From Octopus bimaculoides (Eukaryota), in contig NC_068981.1 of NCBI RefSeq assembly GCF_001194135.2, positions 188,382,153 through 188,414,804 on the forward strand: a stretch of DNA of 32,652 nucleotides, in the 5' to 3' direction. Position numbers and translations under genes: made by a program. The notes beneath the pieces are model-generated. The model was given only the letters and a program-made list of their open reading frames with translations, had not been told where the DNA came from and ran no database searches. Positions 1-11,009 of the stretch are shown here, one piece after another; the stretch's first letter is position 1, and every line of letters starts with the position of its first letter.

Positions 1-621
1 TATATAATATAGGATAAAATCTGTATAAGAATTTATCAAGTAGTCAGCGTGAAAAAACCTCATAATGAAAAAAACTCATCATTTTTTTCCATAAATATAT
101 ATAATTTATATAAGGGCATTAACTATATAGTAATGCCTCACGCTTAGAGGGACTAAATAAGTCAAAAACTACCAAAAAATAAGCAACATATTTACCGAAA
201 GCGAGGAAATGCAGCTTTCAAAATTAATCTCTTAAAAACATTTAACTTAACGGTAAACCACTGGTTTCTCAACCAATGCAGTAAAACTGTGAAGTAAGCT
301 GCATCTTTTGTTCATCAGTACACGTATGGCCGAGACACATAAAAATAAACAAGAATCAACATACCACGATGTACCCAACACAGTACAATGACTTCTGTTC
401 ATAATTATATATCCGTGAAAGAGATTTAATCAACTTGAGGCGATATTAATCGGTGGGATTAAATTCAGAATTCCTTGTTTAAGAAGCGATGTTTTTTAAC
501 CATAATACCATGCCTTATGTATGTTTAGAAACTACACATCACGGTGGCAGCTACTATACCTCGTTTATTGGTATTCGGGCTTCAAATCTAACAGCTATAA
601 CATTTTTCTATATATATGGAA

Positions 622-1030
622 GGCGTAGGAGTGACTGTGTGGTAAGTAGCTTGCTTACCAACCACATGGTTCCGGGTTCAGTCCCACTACGTGGCACCTT
701 GGGCAAGTGTCTTCTACTATAGCCTCGGGCCGACCAAAGCCTTGTGAGTGGATATGGTAGACGGAATCTGAGAGAAGCCCGTTGTATATATGTATATATA
801 TGTATGTGTGTGTATATATGTTTGTGTGTCTGTGTTTGTCCCCCCCCCCCAACATCGCTTGACAACTGATGCTGGTGTGTTTACGTCCCCGTAACTTAGC
901 GGTTCGGCAAAAGCGGACCGATAGAATAAGTACTAGGCTTCCAAAGAATAAGTCCTGGGGGTCGATTTGCTCGATTAAAAGCGGTGCTCCAGCATGGCCA
1001 CAGTCAAATGACTGAAGAAAGTAAAAGAGT
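622..1030 (+). mobile_element. tRNA-derived SINE family A, full length
   Basis: A-box-like tgactgtgtgg, B-box ggttcagtccc (675-685), CORE-like gcaccttgggcaagtgtctt, internal (TA/TG)n, and 3' tail gcggtgctccagcatggccacagtcaaatgactgaa. Multiple related copies occur in the window. Confidence 0.9.
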
Positions 1031-1097
1031 ATATAAAAATACAGACGTATAATTGGTGTTAAATTTAGGCCCTTGATCAGCAATTTCAAGAGTAGGG

Positions 1098-1263
1098 TAA
1101 GTTTAGCAACATCAACCCCACTGCTCAACTGGTACTTATTGTACTTACCCCGAAAGGATGAAACGCATGCTTGACGTCAGAGGAATTCAAACTCAGCGTG
1201 TAATGACGGACGAAATGCAGTTAATACAATTAGCTCGGAGTGCTAACGATTCTGCCGGCTCGC
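1098..1263 (-). mobile_element. SINE family B, degraded copy
   Basis: Aligns with the 32402-32635 copy (caactggtactta..ccccgaaaggatgaaa..gaattcaaactcag..gctaacgattctgccggctcgc). Confidence 0.8.
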
Positions 1264-1320
1264 TTTATAGGACGTAATATTAAGATGGATTCAAGCTTTA
1301 AGAACATTGTTGTACAGTAG

Positions 1321-1677
1321 TCGTGGCACTCGGTCGGTTGCGACGAGGGGGGTTCCAGTTGATCTGATCAACGGAACATCCTGCTCGTGAAATTAGCGTG
1401 CAAGTGGCTGAGCACTCCACAGGCACGTGTACCCTTAACGTAGTTCTCGGGGAGATTCAGCGTGACACTGAGTGCGACAAGGCTGGCCTCTTTGAAATAC
1501 AGGTACAAGAGAAACAGCAAGAAAGGGGGAAAGTTGTGGCGAAAGAGTACACCGGAGTCTCGTGGAGCTTTAGGTGTTTTCGTGCAACAAACACTCAGAA
1601 CGCCCGGTCTAGGAATCGAAACCGCGATCCTATGACCACGAGTCCGTTACCCTAACCACTGAGCCATTACGCCTCCA
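1321..1677 (-). mobile_element. tRNA-derived SINE family C (tail 1, non-CORE body)
   Basis: The reverse complement begins tggaggcgtaatggctcagtggttagg..ggtttcgattcc (A/B boxes). Its 3' about 190 nt are shared with the 30043-30363 copy. Confidence 0.85.
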
Positions 1678-1745
1678 CTGTAGAGTAGTAGAATAATACT
1701 ACGGATAATGTCTTCAATCTTATTCCATAATTCTTATCTACTCTA

Positions 1746-1860
1746 GGCACAAGGCCCGAATTGTTTTGGAGAAAAGCGCCAGTCGATTTGATCGACCCCA
1801 GTACACAACTGGTACTTAATTTATCGACCCCGAAAGGATGAAACCTCGACGGAATTTGAA
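1746..1860 (-). mobile_element. SINE family B fragment (central domain plus tail)
   Basis: atcgaccccagtacacaactggtacttaatttatcgaccccgaaaggatgaaa matches the family B core. Confidence 0.8.
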
Positions 1861-2088
1861 TCTTGTTCCATGATTAAGATTGTTTACTTCTTGACGTAAC
1901 GTGAAGAGTAGATAACTCTCAAGGAAGATAAGAGTATAACGAAGATATAAATAGCTCTCTTAAGACTGCACATTGAGTGCTACTGACGAAGACTTTTACG
2001 CCATTCGAAGGAGCAAATGCTAAAAAGAAATTACAATTTTGAAATTGCTGCTTAACTGATTTGAAACTAACTGTAAAACTACTAAGGG

Positions 2089-2236
2089 TACTTACATTCT
2101 ATCGGCCTGATTTGCCGAACCGCTAAGTTACGGGGGATGTAAATACGAATGTGTGTGTGCGCGTGTATCTATGTATGTACGACTGGCTTCTTTTAGTTTC
2201 CGTCTACCAAATGCACTCAGAAGGCTTTGGTCGGCT
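2089..2236 (-). mobile_element. SINE family A internal fragment
   Basis: gccgaaccgctaagttacggggg and agtttccgtctaccaaatgcactcagaaggctttggtcggc are reverse-complement matches to 622-1030. Confidence 0.8.
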
Positions 2237-2333
2237 AGTTGAAAAGAGACAGGAAACCTTTTCAGTGTGTCGTTGTAAACCAAACTTGTAAAGGTTTCAT
2301 CTATAATTTCAATTCACTATCTGCATTGAAATA

Positions 2334-2680
2334 TCTTTTATCTGTTTCAGTCGAATGAATCGAACTCAGTACTTAATTGTTTGAAGCTTGGTACTTATAT
2401 TTCATCGGCCGCTTTTGCTGAACCGCTAAGTTACGGGGACGAAAATACACCAACACCGGTTGTCTAGCGGTGATAGGGAACAAACACAGGCATAAAGATA
2501 CACACATATATATGTATGTAATGTATGTATGTATGATTTCTTTCAGTTTCCGTCTACCAAATGCATTTGCAATGCTTTGGTCGGCCTGAGGCTATGGTAG
2601 AAGATACTTGCCCAAGCTACCACGCAGTGAGACTGAACCCAGAACAATGTGGTTGGAAAACCATTCATCCACGCATGCGT
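2334..2680 (-). mobile_element. SINE family A, near full-length degraded copy
   Basis: Reverse-complement match to 622-1030 from the tail through the CORE-like box (agatacttgcccaag) and B box. Confidence 0.85.
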
Positions 2681-2694
2681 CTATATATATATAT

Positions 2695-2725
<31 letters not shown>

Positions 2726-3315
2726 CACACACACTATTTTGAAGATAGAATATTTTTTAAAATTTTATTTACCTGATTTTTTCATTTTCTAAAAACAAAA
2801 TCTAAATTAAGATAAAAATTAAAATGTGTGAGTGCAACGGTTTCAATGAGACAGAATAATAAATTTTACTCATTAGCATAATAGCATTTAATGATAGTTT
2901 ACTAATTGAGAAGCTATCGCTCAGGAAATTAATCTTCAGATCAATAAAACTTGACACGACACATTTTGTCACTATATCCTCATCATACAGTTTCTTCTTA
3001 CTTGTGAAAAGAAATGTTTAAAAAAAGAAATATAAATCAGATGATTTATGTGACTAAAAGATTGGACGAAGGCGTAAACAAAGATATTTGTCGCTGTATA
3101 ATGTATAATATACTGTGAAATATCGAGAGCGACATCTTGACAGAAAGACACAACGGAGTTTGAATGTTACAAAGAAAGGTTATGCGGTGGGGTGGACTGG
3201 GTTGTATGAAAGGCAACCAAATAGGCTGATGCAGCATAGAAATCTCTTTAAGTCTCTAGAAGAGAGAGAGAGAGAGAGAGATTGTAGTAGAGAAAATGTT
3301 TGCTGTGTAGTCTTA

Positions 3316-4182
3316 CGTAGTCTTATCAATAAGTATCCGGACTGTTGCCATAGTAACGAAGCTAAAGCACACACAGTGAAGCCGCTTGGCACAGATTGAC
3401 CATGAACTCTGCCGTGCATGAGCACTAAGATTTAATGTTATATCTCACTTATGCTGTTTACAGCAGTGCTTGCAAAGGAACGTGTGTAGCGTGTGATCGT
3501 CGCATTGACAATGACAGAGAAAGCTGACCAGGGAATCTATATCAAGGTTTGCCAAAATCTTAGCGATACCAGCTCAGAGGCCTAATCGAAGTTTTCAAAA
3601 AGTTTTCATCGTTCTCAACACAACCAAGAACTTTGTGTAACTGAAACCCCGTGTGTCGTTTTGGTCATTTGAAAGCAGTTTTGGCACGAACTTGGCAGTC
3701 ACGCGTCTCAGCCCCAAATCTTCTGTGATAATGGACTGAACTGAACCGTAACTAATCTGCACATTCTCTGATAACTCACGGATTGTGATTCGACGACTTC
3801 CCTCACAGTTGAATGCACATCTGCGATGTTTTCTCAGTTCTGCTGGTTGCGGGTCTCCCAGAACGTTCGTCAATATCCACATTTTTTCAGCCATCTTGGA
3901 AACGTCTGAACCATTCGTACACTTGTGTGTGGCTCATACACTCCTCTCCATACACTTTCTGCAACTTTGCGTCGGCCTCTGTGCGGTTATCGCCATGACA
4001 ACCTTTTCTGTCATGGTCAATGCGACAATCACACGCTACATCCTTTCCTTCCAAGCCCTGTTGTAAACAGCGGAAGTGAGCTAGAAGGTTAAAACTTAGT
4101 GCACATGTACAGCAGTGTTCATTGTCAATCTTTAGCGAGCGGTTTTACACTGCGTGTTTTAGCTTCGTGACTATGGCAACGA
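3316..4182. mobile_element. Non-autonomous mariner derivative with long inverted arms (fold-back structure)
   Basis: TA followed by a mariner-like end (cgtagtcttatcaataagtatccggact) at 3314-3343. The 3344-3600 arm aligns in inverted orientation with about 3955-4180, and both arms include the transposase ATG. Confidence 0.85.
3590..4014 (-). pseudogene. Mariner transposase N-terminal (HTH) remnant, catalytic domain absent
   Basis: Translates across a deletion, a stop and frameshifts as MTEK..TEADAKLQKVYGEECMSHTQVYEWFRRFQDG*KNVDIDERSGRPATS..RRITIRELSENVQISYGSVQSIITEDLGLRRVTAKFVPKLL..ENDENFLKT, typical of mariner transposases. It stops before the first catalytic Asp. Confidence 0.9.
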
Positions 4183-4255
4183 TTTCTTCGGCTAAAGGCG
4201 GTGCTACAGCATGGCCGCTGTTAAATGACTGAAGCAAGTAAAAGAATAAAAGAAT
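4181..4255 (+). mobile_element. SINE family A 3' tail fragment
   Basis: gatttcttcggctaaaggcggtgctacagcatggccgctgttaaatgactgaagcaagtaaaagaataaaagaa. Confidence 0.85.
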
Positions 4256-4620
4256 TTTTTTAAATATCTCTGAGAGGATCCTCTCAGTATTTTGACCCTA
4301 AACAATGCCGACACCAGAGTGATTTGGCTAAGATATATAAGTAAGCAAGCATAGCGACCAGCTTAGATGTATATGTTCACTGCGATTTGTGGCCAGCTTA
4401 TTGATAAAATGTGGCTTCGATGCGAGATAGGGATGCTGTGAGACCGAATCCTTTAAATGGATGTAGATGTTGTTCCTATTTGATAATTTTTATATCTGAT
4501 GGAACGTTTCTTCTTATTGCAAAATATCAGTCAATTTCATAAAGATGTTAATTAATTTTTTATTTTCTTTATTTTCTTTTACGAAATTGACTATTTGCGA
4601 ATCATCAAATGCACTCTTTA

Positions 4621-4909
4621 CGTATATCACGTGATCAACCAGACTATCGGATATTGCTGCCCATCGCTGATCACAATGCGCTTTGCATCGTTTTAGCTCT
4701 CAAGTGGGGCTAACCCACTGACTAAGGTGTGCATTCCTGCTAATCGGAAGGCTAGATCGTCGCAGGGTGACGCATTTACTGCTGAGTGGACTGAAGCAAC
4801 GTGAAATGAAGTGTTTTGCTTAAGAACACAAAGCGCAGCCGGTCTAAGACTCGAAACTACGATCTCACGATTGAGAGTGCAACACGTCTAACCACTAGGC
4901 TACCGTCTT
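4621..4909 (-). mobile_element. tRNA-derived SINE (CORE-like body, tail 2)
   Basis: The reverse complement has a tRNA head (agcctagtggttag..gtttcgagtc). Its body gtgttcttaagcaaaacacttcatttcacgttgcttcagtccactcagc matches the 30043 copy, but the 3' part differs. Confidence 0.8.
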
Positions 4910-5717
4910 CACGACTATAGAATTATGGAAACATATTTTACACCCTGCTATATAAGACACTGTAAAACATTTAGCACTGTACATGCCAAACTGAATAAAA
5001 TAATAGAAACCATGTGTTGTATGGTAGACACAAATCAATGTTCTGATTATTTTCCAATTACCCAGCAAGCGATCTCTTTCAACATGCACGCCTAGCATTC
5101 AATATTGGCTCATACAATCGGAAATCCTTCAGTTTTCTTAACCACAAGAACAAAGTTATCCAATTATCTTTCTCTTCTCTTTCAATTTTGTTTAGTGTTG
5201 CCCTTTTGGTGGGAACATTTTAAAAGAATACCTTTCAGTATTTTTGTCATTAATATCATTAAACTTTACATGGAAACTAAACGCCGCTCTCGGTAGTAGG
5301 ATTGATGTTACAACTTTAATTCTGAAATAATCCTTTCCAGATTGCGTAACCAAAAGATAAAATAGATGTAACTGTTTGTCAAATGAAATTTAATTACAAA
5401 ATTATAGCGGGACATAAAAAACATGGAACAGAAAAGGATTACAGAATCGTTGGTTATATTGCATCCATGAATCAGAACTGAACTGTTAATTTTACTATTG
5501 TTTATTCAAGGAAAATGAAAAGATTTGTATTTTATGAATAGTTGAAATATATATGTATTTGCCGTGAAAATCCAAACTTTCATGACAAACTACATTTCAC
5601 CCAAAGGTTTAAAAGAAATTCCAAAAAAGATGTTATGAGAAAAACATTTTCTAAAATACATAAAATACATATTTATATTTCAACACCCTTTCGCGTTTGT
5701 ACGAGAGATGAGTAGAA

Positions 5718-5754
<37 letters not shown>

Positions 5755-6929
5755 TAGATAGATGCATGTGTAGCTGTATACCTATGTACAGATAGATGGG
5801 CATATGTGTGTACGTACGAATGTAAAATTAGCTGTATGTATTTGCATACATGAGTATTTATGTGTGTGTATATCTACAAGTATATATATATATATGTATG
5901 CTATACATGTGAGAATGCGTATGTATATATATATTGAGAGAGAGAGAGTGAGATAAGCTATCTTTTACTTGTAAGCTGTCGTGGTTTAGTAATATACTCC
6001 ATACTTTCTCAACTCAAATTGTATTAGATGACTACATAGTCGCGAGCAGGCAATAAAAAAGAAACGAATATTGTTTCATATATATTACCACGCTACTTTT
6101 CCGCCTCGTTCGTGTGAATAACTGAGAACGGGAAACTCTAAATAATGATTCAAAAACCTTCAGCTTTTAATATCACATACACGCTCTGCTGCATGCATTA
6201 GGTACTTTTTCTTAGTTCGTAAACACGTAAACACCAGTGTTCGACAATCCACATATATATATGTCTGTGTGCGTATGTGCTATTTATTTAATGACTACCT
6301 ATTCTTGGCCTTCGACTATTGTTCATTCAGTCCCTTTTAATCACATCTTCCTGTTATACAACTAATCGCAAAGCGCTATTCATCAGGTGGCTGCTATTAT
6401 TCTACGCGGTTTAAGGACAAAAAAATCGATTTAATAAGATTGTTTCTCTTAAAACGGACGTAATATATGTTACTTTTCTTCATTATATTCGTTATTGATT
6501 TAGCTTTAGATATGTTATAATTGTTTTGTCGCAGCTATACTTCGCGAAGATTACGTCTCCTTTCCAAGGCCAGTAATACTTGAGACATAAACAGTTGCTT
6601 ATCTTCACAGCTTTGCATTTCAGTTGAGTAATGTTCCTATATCTCGAGCGTTGATTGTTACCTCATGTTGCTTCTTCATAATTCTACCCATCTAGAATGT
6701 TCTGTCCACATGCTTTCTTAAAAACTGACTTCGAAATATTCAAATAATATAATATCTGCATTACCCCAATACTGCAGTCGCCTTTACGCCTTGAAGGACT
6801 AAAAGCAGTATTTCTTTGGAAAATCAGATTATAAAAGAAACTAATTAAAAACAAACTTCACCAATTCTGCACATATCAAATCATATTGAAATCTTTAATG
6901 GAATATATAATTTTAGTTGAGATATATCT

Positions 6930-8159
6930 TTATGAAAGAAAGCGTGAGTATGCGCGCTTCTGTAAACTGGTGTCCCAAAACCCCAGACATTTCTTCCATC
7001 CAACATCAGTCCCTCAACTCTCAAAAGAAACTCCTACGCATCGCACTTGACAGCTCCACAGGCCACCTCGAATCTATAATAACTGTAAGCCTCCCTGTCT
7101 AAATCCATCCACTATAACCACACACTATAAGCATTCTAAGCGTAAGAAGCAGGAGAGTCTATGGTTCGCACCACCTTTCTCCCTCCAAGTTAAACCTTTA
7201 CCTAAACTTTTCTTTAAAATCCTCAACTCTAACTTCCCACCACAGCATAAATACTACCCTATCTTTAATGAATCATCAGTTAAAATCCCCTACTCTACCA
7301 CACCTAATTTGGGGTCCATAAATAGCCTCCACTAACAGACGCAAACTATAACGGCAGTCCTCAGAACCTGCAATTTGTCACGCTGCACCCCAAATTAACC
7401 TACCTAGTAGAAACAGTACAATCCTCAGTAACCCTTGACTAAGTAATAAGAGACTCAAGACATCTTCCTATAATGCTACCCATGTGGTCACATACACAAG
7501 CAGTGATACTCACTCCAAATCCAATACTGGTACCGATTGTACTTTCAGTTCTTCTTCAGTGATAACGGATCACTGGAATTTGACCTTTCCAGCGGTAATC
7601 TTCAACTGCTGAGCAGGTAGGAAAACTTGAAACTGTCGGGTTTCTCAACTCTACGCTCCCACCAAGCAATGGTCTATATCAGCAACACTGTTAATTTCAA
7701 GCATCGCTACCGTACACATGAACTCTTTCTTCAATCCAAATTCTAAATCATTTACACCCTTAGCAACTGTTATGTCTCAAGCTACCGCTATCTAGCACCT
7801 TCGGATGACCTCTACTCAACCGCTACACGACTGCTACTCAACACTACTACCACAGCCAGACTACCTTTATTTATATGTCTTGAGAGATCCTACTTCTTCG
7901 CCTGGGGCGTCGACACAACAGCAACTTCTATATATACGTCATCATATCTCAAAATGTTACCTATACCCTATCCTGGTCCGTTGTAAGTGAGGCTCCCTCA
8001 TACAACGCAAACATCGGTATATGTAAATTATGTTTAAAATAATCACAAACCATTCTTCGGCATCACAACCCCTCATTGCTAAATAGATTCTCAGAAGTAA
8101 TACTCTCTTGTAAACACAGGTTATACTCATCATTTGCCCATTTTATTAAGTCTATGTAA
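6930..8159 (+). pseudogene. Penelope-like retroelement ORF remnant (RT C-terminus/linker plus GIY-YIG endonuclease)
   Basis: 7129-7335 reads KHSKRKKQESLWFAPPFSLQVKPLPKLFFKILNSNFPPQHKYYPIFNESSVKIPYSTTPNLGSINSLH, the PLE WFNPPYS..FP..H..IFN...KISYS..PN block. 7669 onward reads MVYISNTVNFKHRYRTH (YIG-like). 7962-8159 reads YTLSWSVVSEAPSYNANIGICKLCLK*SQTILRHHNPSLLNRFSEVILSCKHR, the PLE C-terminal CxLCLxE..LLNxRSE..CxH block. Confidence 0.85.
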
Positions 8160-9420
8160 TCCCATTACTATAAGTATCCTTAGTTAAAATTAACCTTTGA
8201 GGTACGACAAGGTCTGTCTAGCAATTTACCATCTCAACTAATACCACCTTCCTTATTAAACTATTCTTTCTCATTGTTATCTTTGCAAATTCCTCTAATC
8301 CACTACTTTCCACTTTCCTCATAGCCTCCCCAGTTTTTCCAATCTCTCATTTCTCCTCTTCAACAAAAAGCACTTAATACTACCCCCATTCATTTGGATA
8401 CTAACTTATCAACTCCCCCCCCTCCCGTCTATTCACCTCTCTCTATTCAATTTCATTCACCTCTGCATACCTCAGTACTCCCCCTCCAATACCAACCTGC
8501 ATTCATTATTCCACTAACTACTGCTATCTCCCCCACCAACTCACCCCCACTCCGTCCACCTTACACTATCTTCTCTCATACCTTTCAATATATCTTAATA
8601 ATCTCCCTCTGCCACAGAACTAGACACTTTACTTCCCTCAAATAATTGCCATTACTTTTCTCACTATCTCAACTTTCAATAATTCTATACCTATTTACCC
8701 TAAACTGTAGCAAACTCAACCCAACACAACAGATTACTATTCTAATATTATCCACCCTACCCTCTTATTCGTCTTCCTACTCGCCATCTCTACTACTACC
8801 TCCCTTAGTACCCTCATTATTAACCCCTCACCATTCCCTATTTTAATACTTTCCCCCGTCTCGCCTCTAATATAGCTAGCTCTCCACATTTAATCATTCC
8901 ATCTTTGAACTTCTCTGCATTAAGATATGAAATATAAGACCTTCTCTGCCCTGACGACGGAGGCTCATCTCCTCCAGCGTTAATTGCATCCACACGACCG
9001 CATGTTGTGATGAACTAAATCTACCAGAATTATTATGGATCGCCGAGTCACCAGAAACAACTATTGGACTTGTAACACCTTTCTTCCACCCCTTTAATTT
9101 TCTCTGCCGTTTGTACTCTGTGTATGTTGAACCTATACATATCTATATACCTATACATAAAATTTCATCATCTGAAAGTTTCCACCTTTTGCCTTCTCTC
9201 CTTTTTCATGTATACATATATACATATTTTGTATTTGATGTATTTAATATATTTAATATATCTGATTTGTCTAATTTGTTTATCCGCATAATTGCTTATA
9301 TACCAGCTCAATTTGATCCCTCTTATAGCCTTCCTTTACCTTGTGGAATGATCCCTTGTAAAGACATCGGCGTCTAAGTTTGAATTTTTTGAACTCTACT
9401 GACTTCTATACGGAGAATCT
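8160..9420 (+). mobile_element. Probable 3' non-coding/pseudo-LTR region of the Penelope-like element
   Basis: Contiguous C/T-rich sequence following the ORF, with hammerhead-like half cores at 8951-9058. The boundaries are uncertain. Confidence 0.5.
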
Positions 9421-10625
9421 CTGGATCTCATCTGTGAACTAAATATACGTTTATATATACTTATGTAAATATATATTTATGTAGGCATGCATACATATAT
9501 GTTTGTATGTGTATTCTGTTACCGGTTAAAGATTTAAAATTCAGCTTCTTTCGGGTAACCATTCATCCTTTAAATTTTAAGCAGGTCTTACAATTTTTAC
9601 TTTCGGCTCCAAATAAGTTTTTCATATATAGAATATGAATTACGGATTTAGGTTCTTTCTCCCCAAAACCTAAATTTATCTAACCTCCTTTGAACCCGAC
9701 ACGTCGTTTCATCCTATCGCCGCGGTGATGATGAGCATATGCCTAAAGTGAACATTTAGTCCTGAGTGTGTAAGATCCTCATTAGTAATCCGAAGTGCCT
9801 TCTTTCTCATGTATTCTTCTTCCATATTGATGTCTAGAGGGTAGGTGGATTCGACAGTGGAGTATATTTATATGTTATAATAATTGTCTTACAGATCGAT
9901 TACGTTTCAATTTGGCCGCTGTTATTTATTCTACGGTCTTCTTTTGATCCACCATCACGGTCTCTTTGAGTTATCTTTATTATTTATCATATTTCTTTTT
10001 ATGTTCCAGATTGCTTCGGCTACTATGTCATCTCTCGTGAGGAAATAGTACCTCGAGGCCATTTTCTGTTCGTTGTTAAATGCATTAGTTTTAGCTGTAC
10101 ATGACCTTCATTTACTGCCATATAATGCTTTTTTGTGTTTTCTGAAAGACACGTAAATGAGAATTTCTTGCTCAGGGTTACACATAAAAGTAACATTAAA
10201 AGTGATAATTTATTGACTTGTAATATCTTTTGTATACATACATCGACAATTAGATTGAACCTCCTCAGAATATATTTTGTATTTGATATCACTAATTATT
10301 GGATTAACTGGGTTTGAGATGTTTCTACCACCTACGCCTGAAACGTCTTGCCGAAGACTATTTGAGATCATAAGAGAACCCAAATAAAGTAAAATCAGAT
10401 GAAAGCGAGCAAAACTTGAAAGTCACTGTCAACCTTTTTCCGTGTAGATCGTGTGTGTCTGTGTATACACACACACACACACACACATACCTACTTCTCT
10501 TGCACTCTCCTGTCTTTGAAAAGAACTTTTTCTCCACCCTTTCCCTTCCGGTCATTCCAATATGTGACCGCGTGTGCATCGTTGTCGATTTTCTTTTTCT
10601 GTCTTCCCTTCTTTGGACTTTTCCT

Positions 10626-10698
10626 ATATTTCTGACGAAGAGCTCCGCTCGAAACGTTAACTCCTCTTTCTTTTCTTTCCTTTCCTGAGCGTCCAATA
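10626..10698 (+). ncRNA. Hammerhead-ribozyme-like motif 1
   Basis: CTGACGA (10632-10638), A, stem II GAGC/tcc/GCTC, GAAAC (10651-10655), GTT. The canonical CUGANGA..GAAA core and a perfect 4-bp stem II are present; stems I and III are weak. Confidence 0.6.
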
Positions 10699-10771
10699 AC
10701 ACTGTACTTATTCCACGTCCCCGCGTTGTTTTTTCGTGTTTTTTTTCTTGCTTGCTCATGTTTGAATCGAC

Positions 10772-10807
<36 letters not shown>

Positions 10808-10875
10808 TTCACCATGTTGGACCGCTGAAGTCTACAAGTCTTTTTTTTTTCATTCTCTCTGTTTAATTTCTTTTA

Positions 10876-10915
10876 TTCCTTTCTGTTGAAGAGCGTCGGC
10901 TCGAAACATAAAAGA
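10876..10915 (+). ncRNA. Hammerhead-ribozyme-like motif 2 (variant core)
   Basis: cttt, CTGTTGA (10883-10889), A, GAGC/gtcg/GCTC, GAAAC (10903-10907), ATA, aaag. The flanks cttt/aaag can form stem I. The core has A-to-T and G-to-A deviations and may be inactive. Confidence 0.45.
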
Positions 10916-11009
10916 CTTTTTCATTTTTCCCGAGCATCAGACTAATACGCTTGCTTGTTGTCCAAACACCTGTCTTCATCCTTTTCTATAAATTTCAACT
11001 ATATATATA

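Larger units (their letters stand above)
10520..11000 (+). mobile_element. Two tandem short (about 200-250 bp) hammerhead-bearing elements, each followed by (TA)n
   Basis: Units at about 10520-10772 and 10810-11000 share one layout: hammerhead core, pyrimidine tract, gagcgtc/gagcatc..taa(t)ac..ctt(g/a)tt, then an actatata end running into (TA)n. Confidence 0.6.

Noticed and set aside
1-130. AT-rich segment ending in aactatatag, like the ends of the hammerhead units
   Set aside because: Truncated by the window edge and no ribozyme core is visible; the similarity is too short to support a call.
9720-10112. Splice-like signals (GTAGGT at 9841, acceptors at 9894 and 10009) and short open frames on both strands
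   Set aside because: No consistent exon chain or recognisable protein; the implied 54-nt intron and the peptides are unconvincing.
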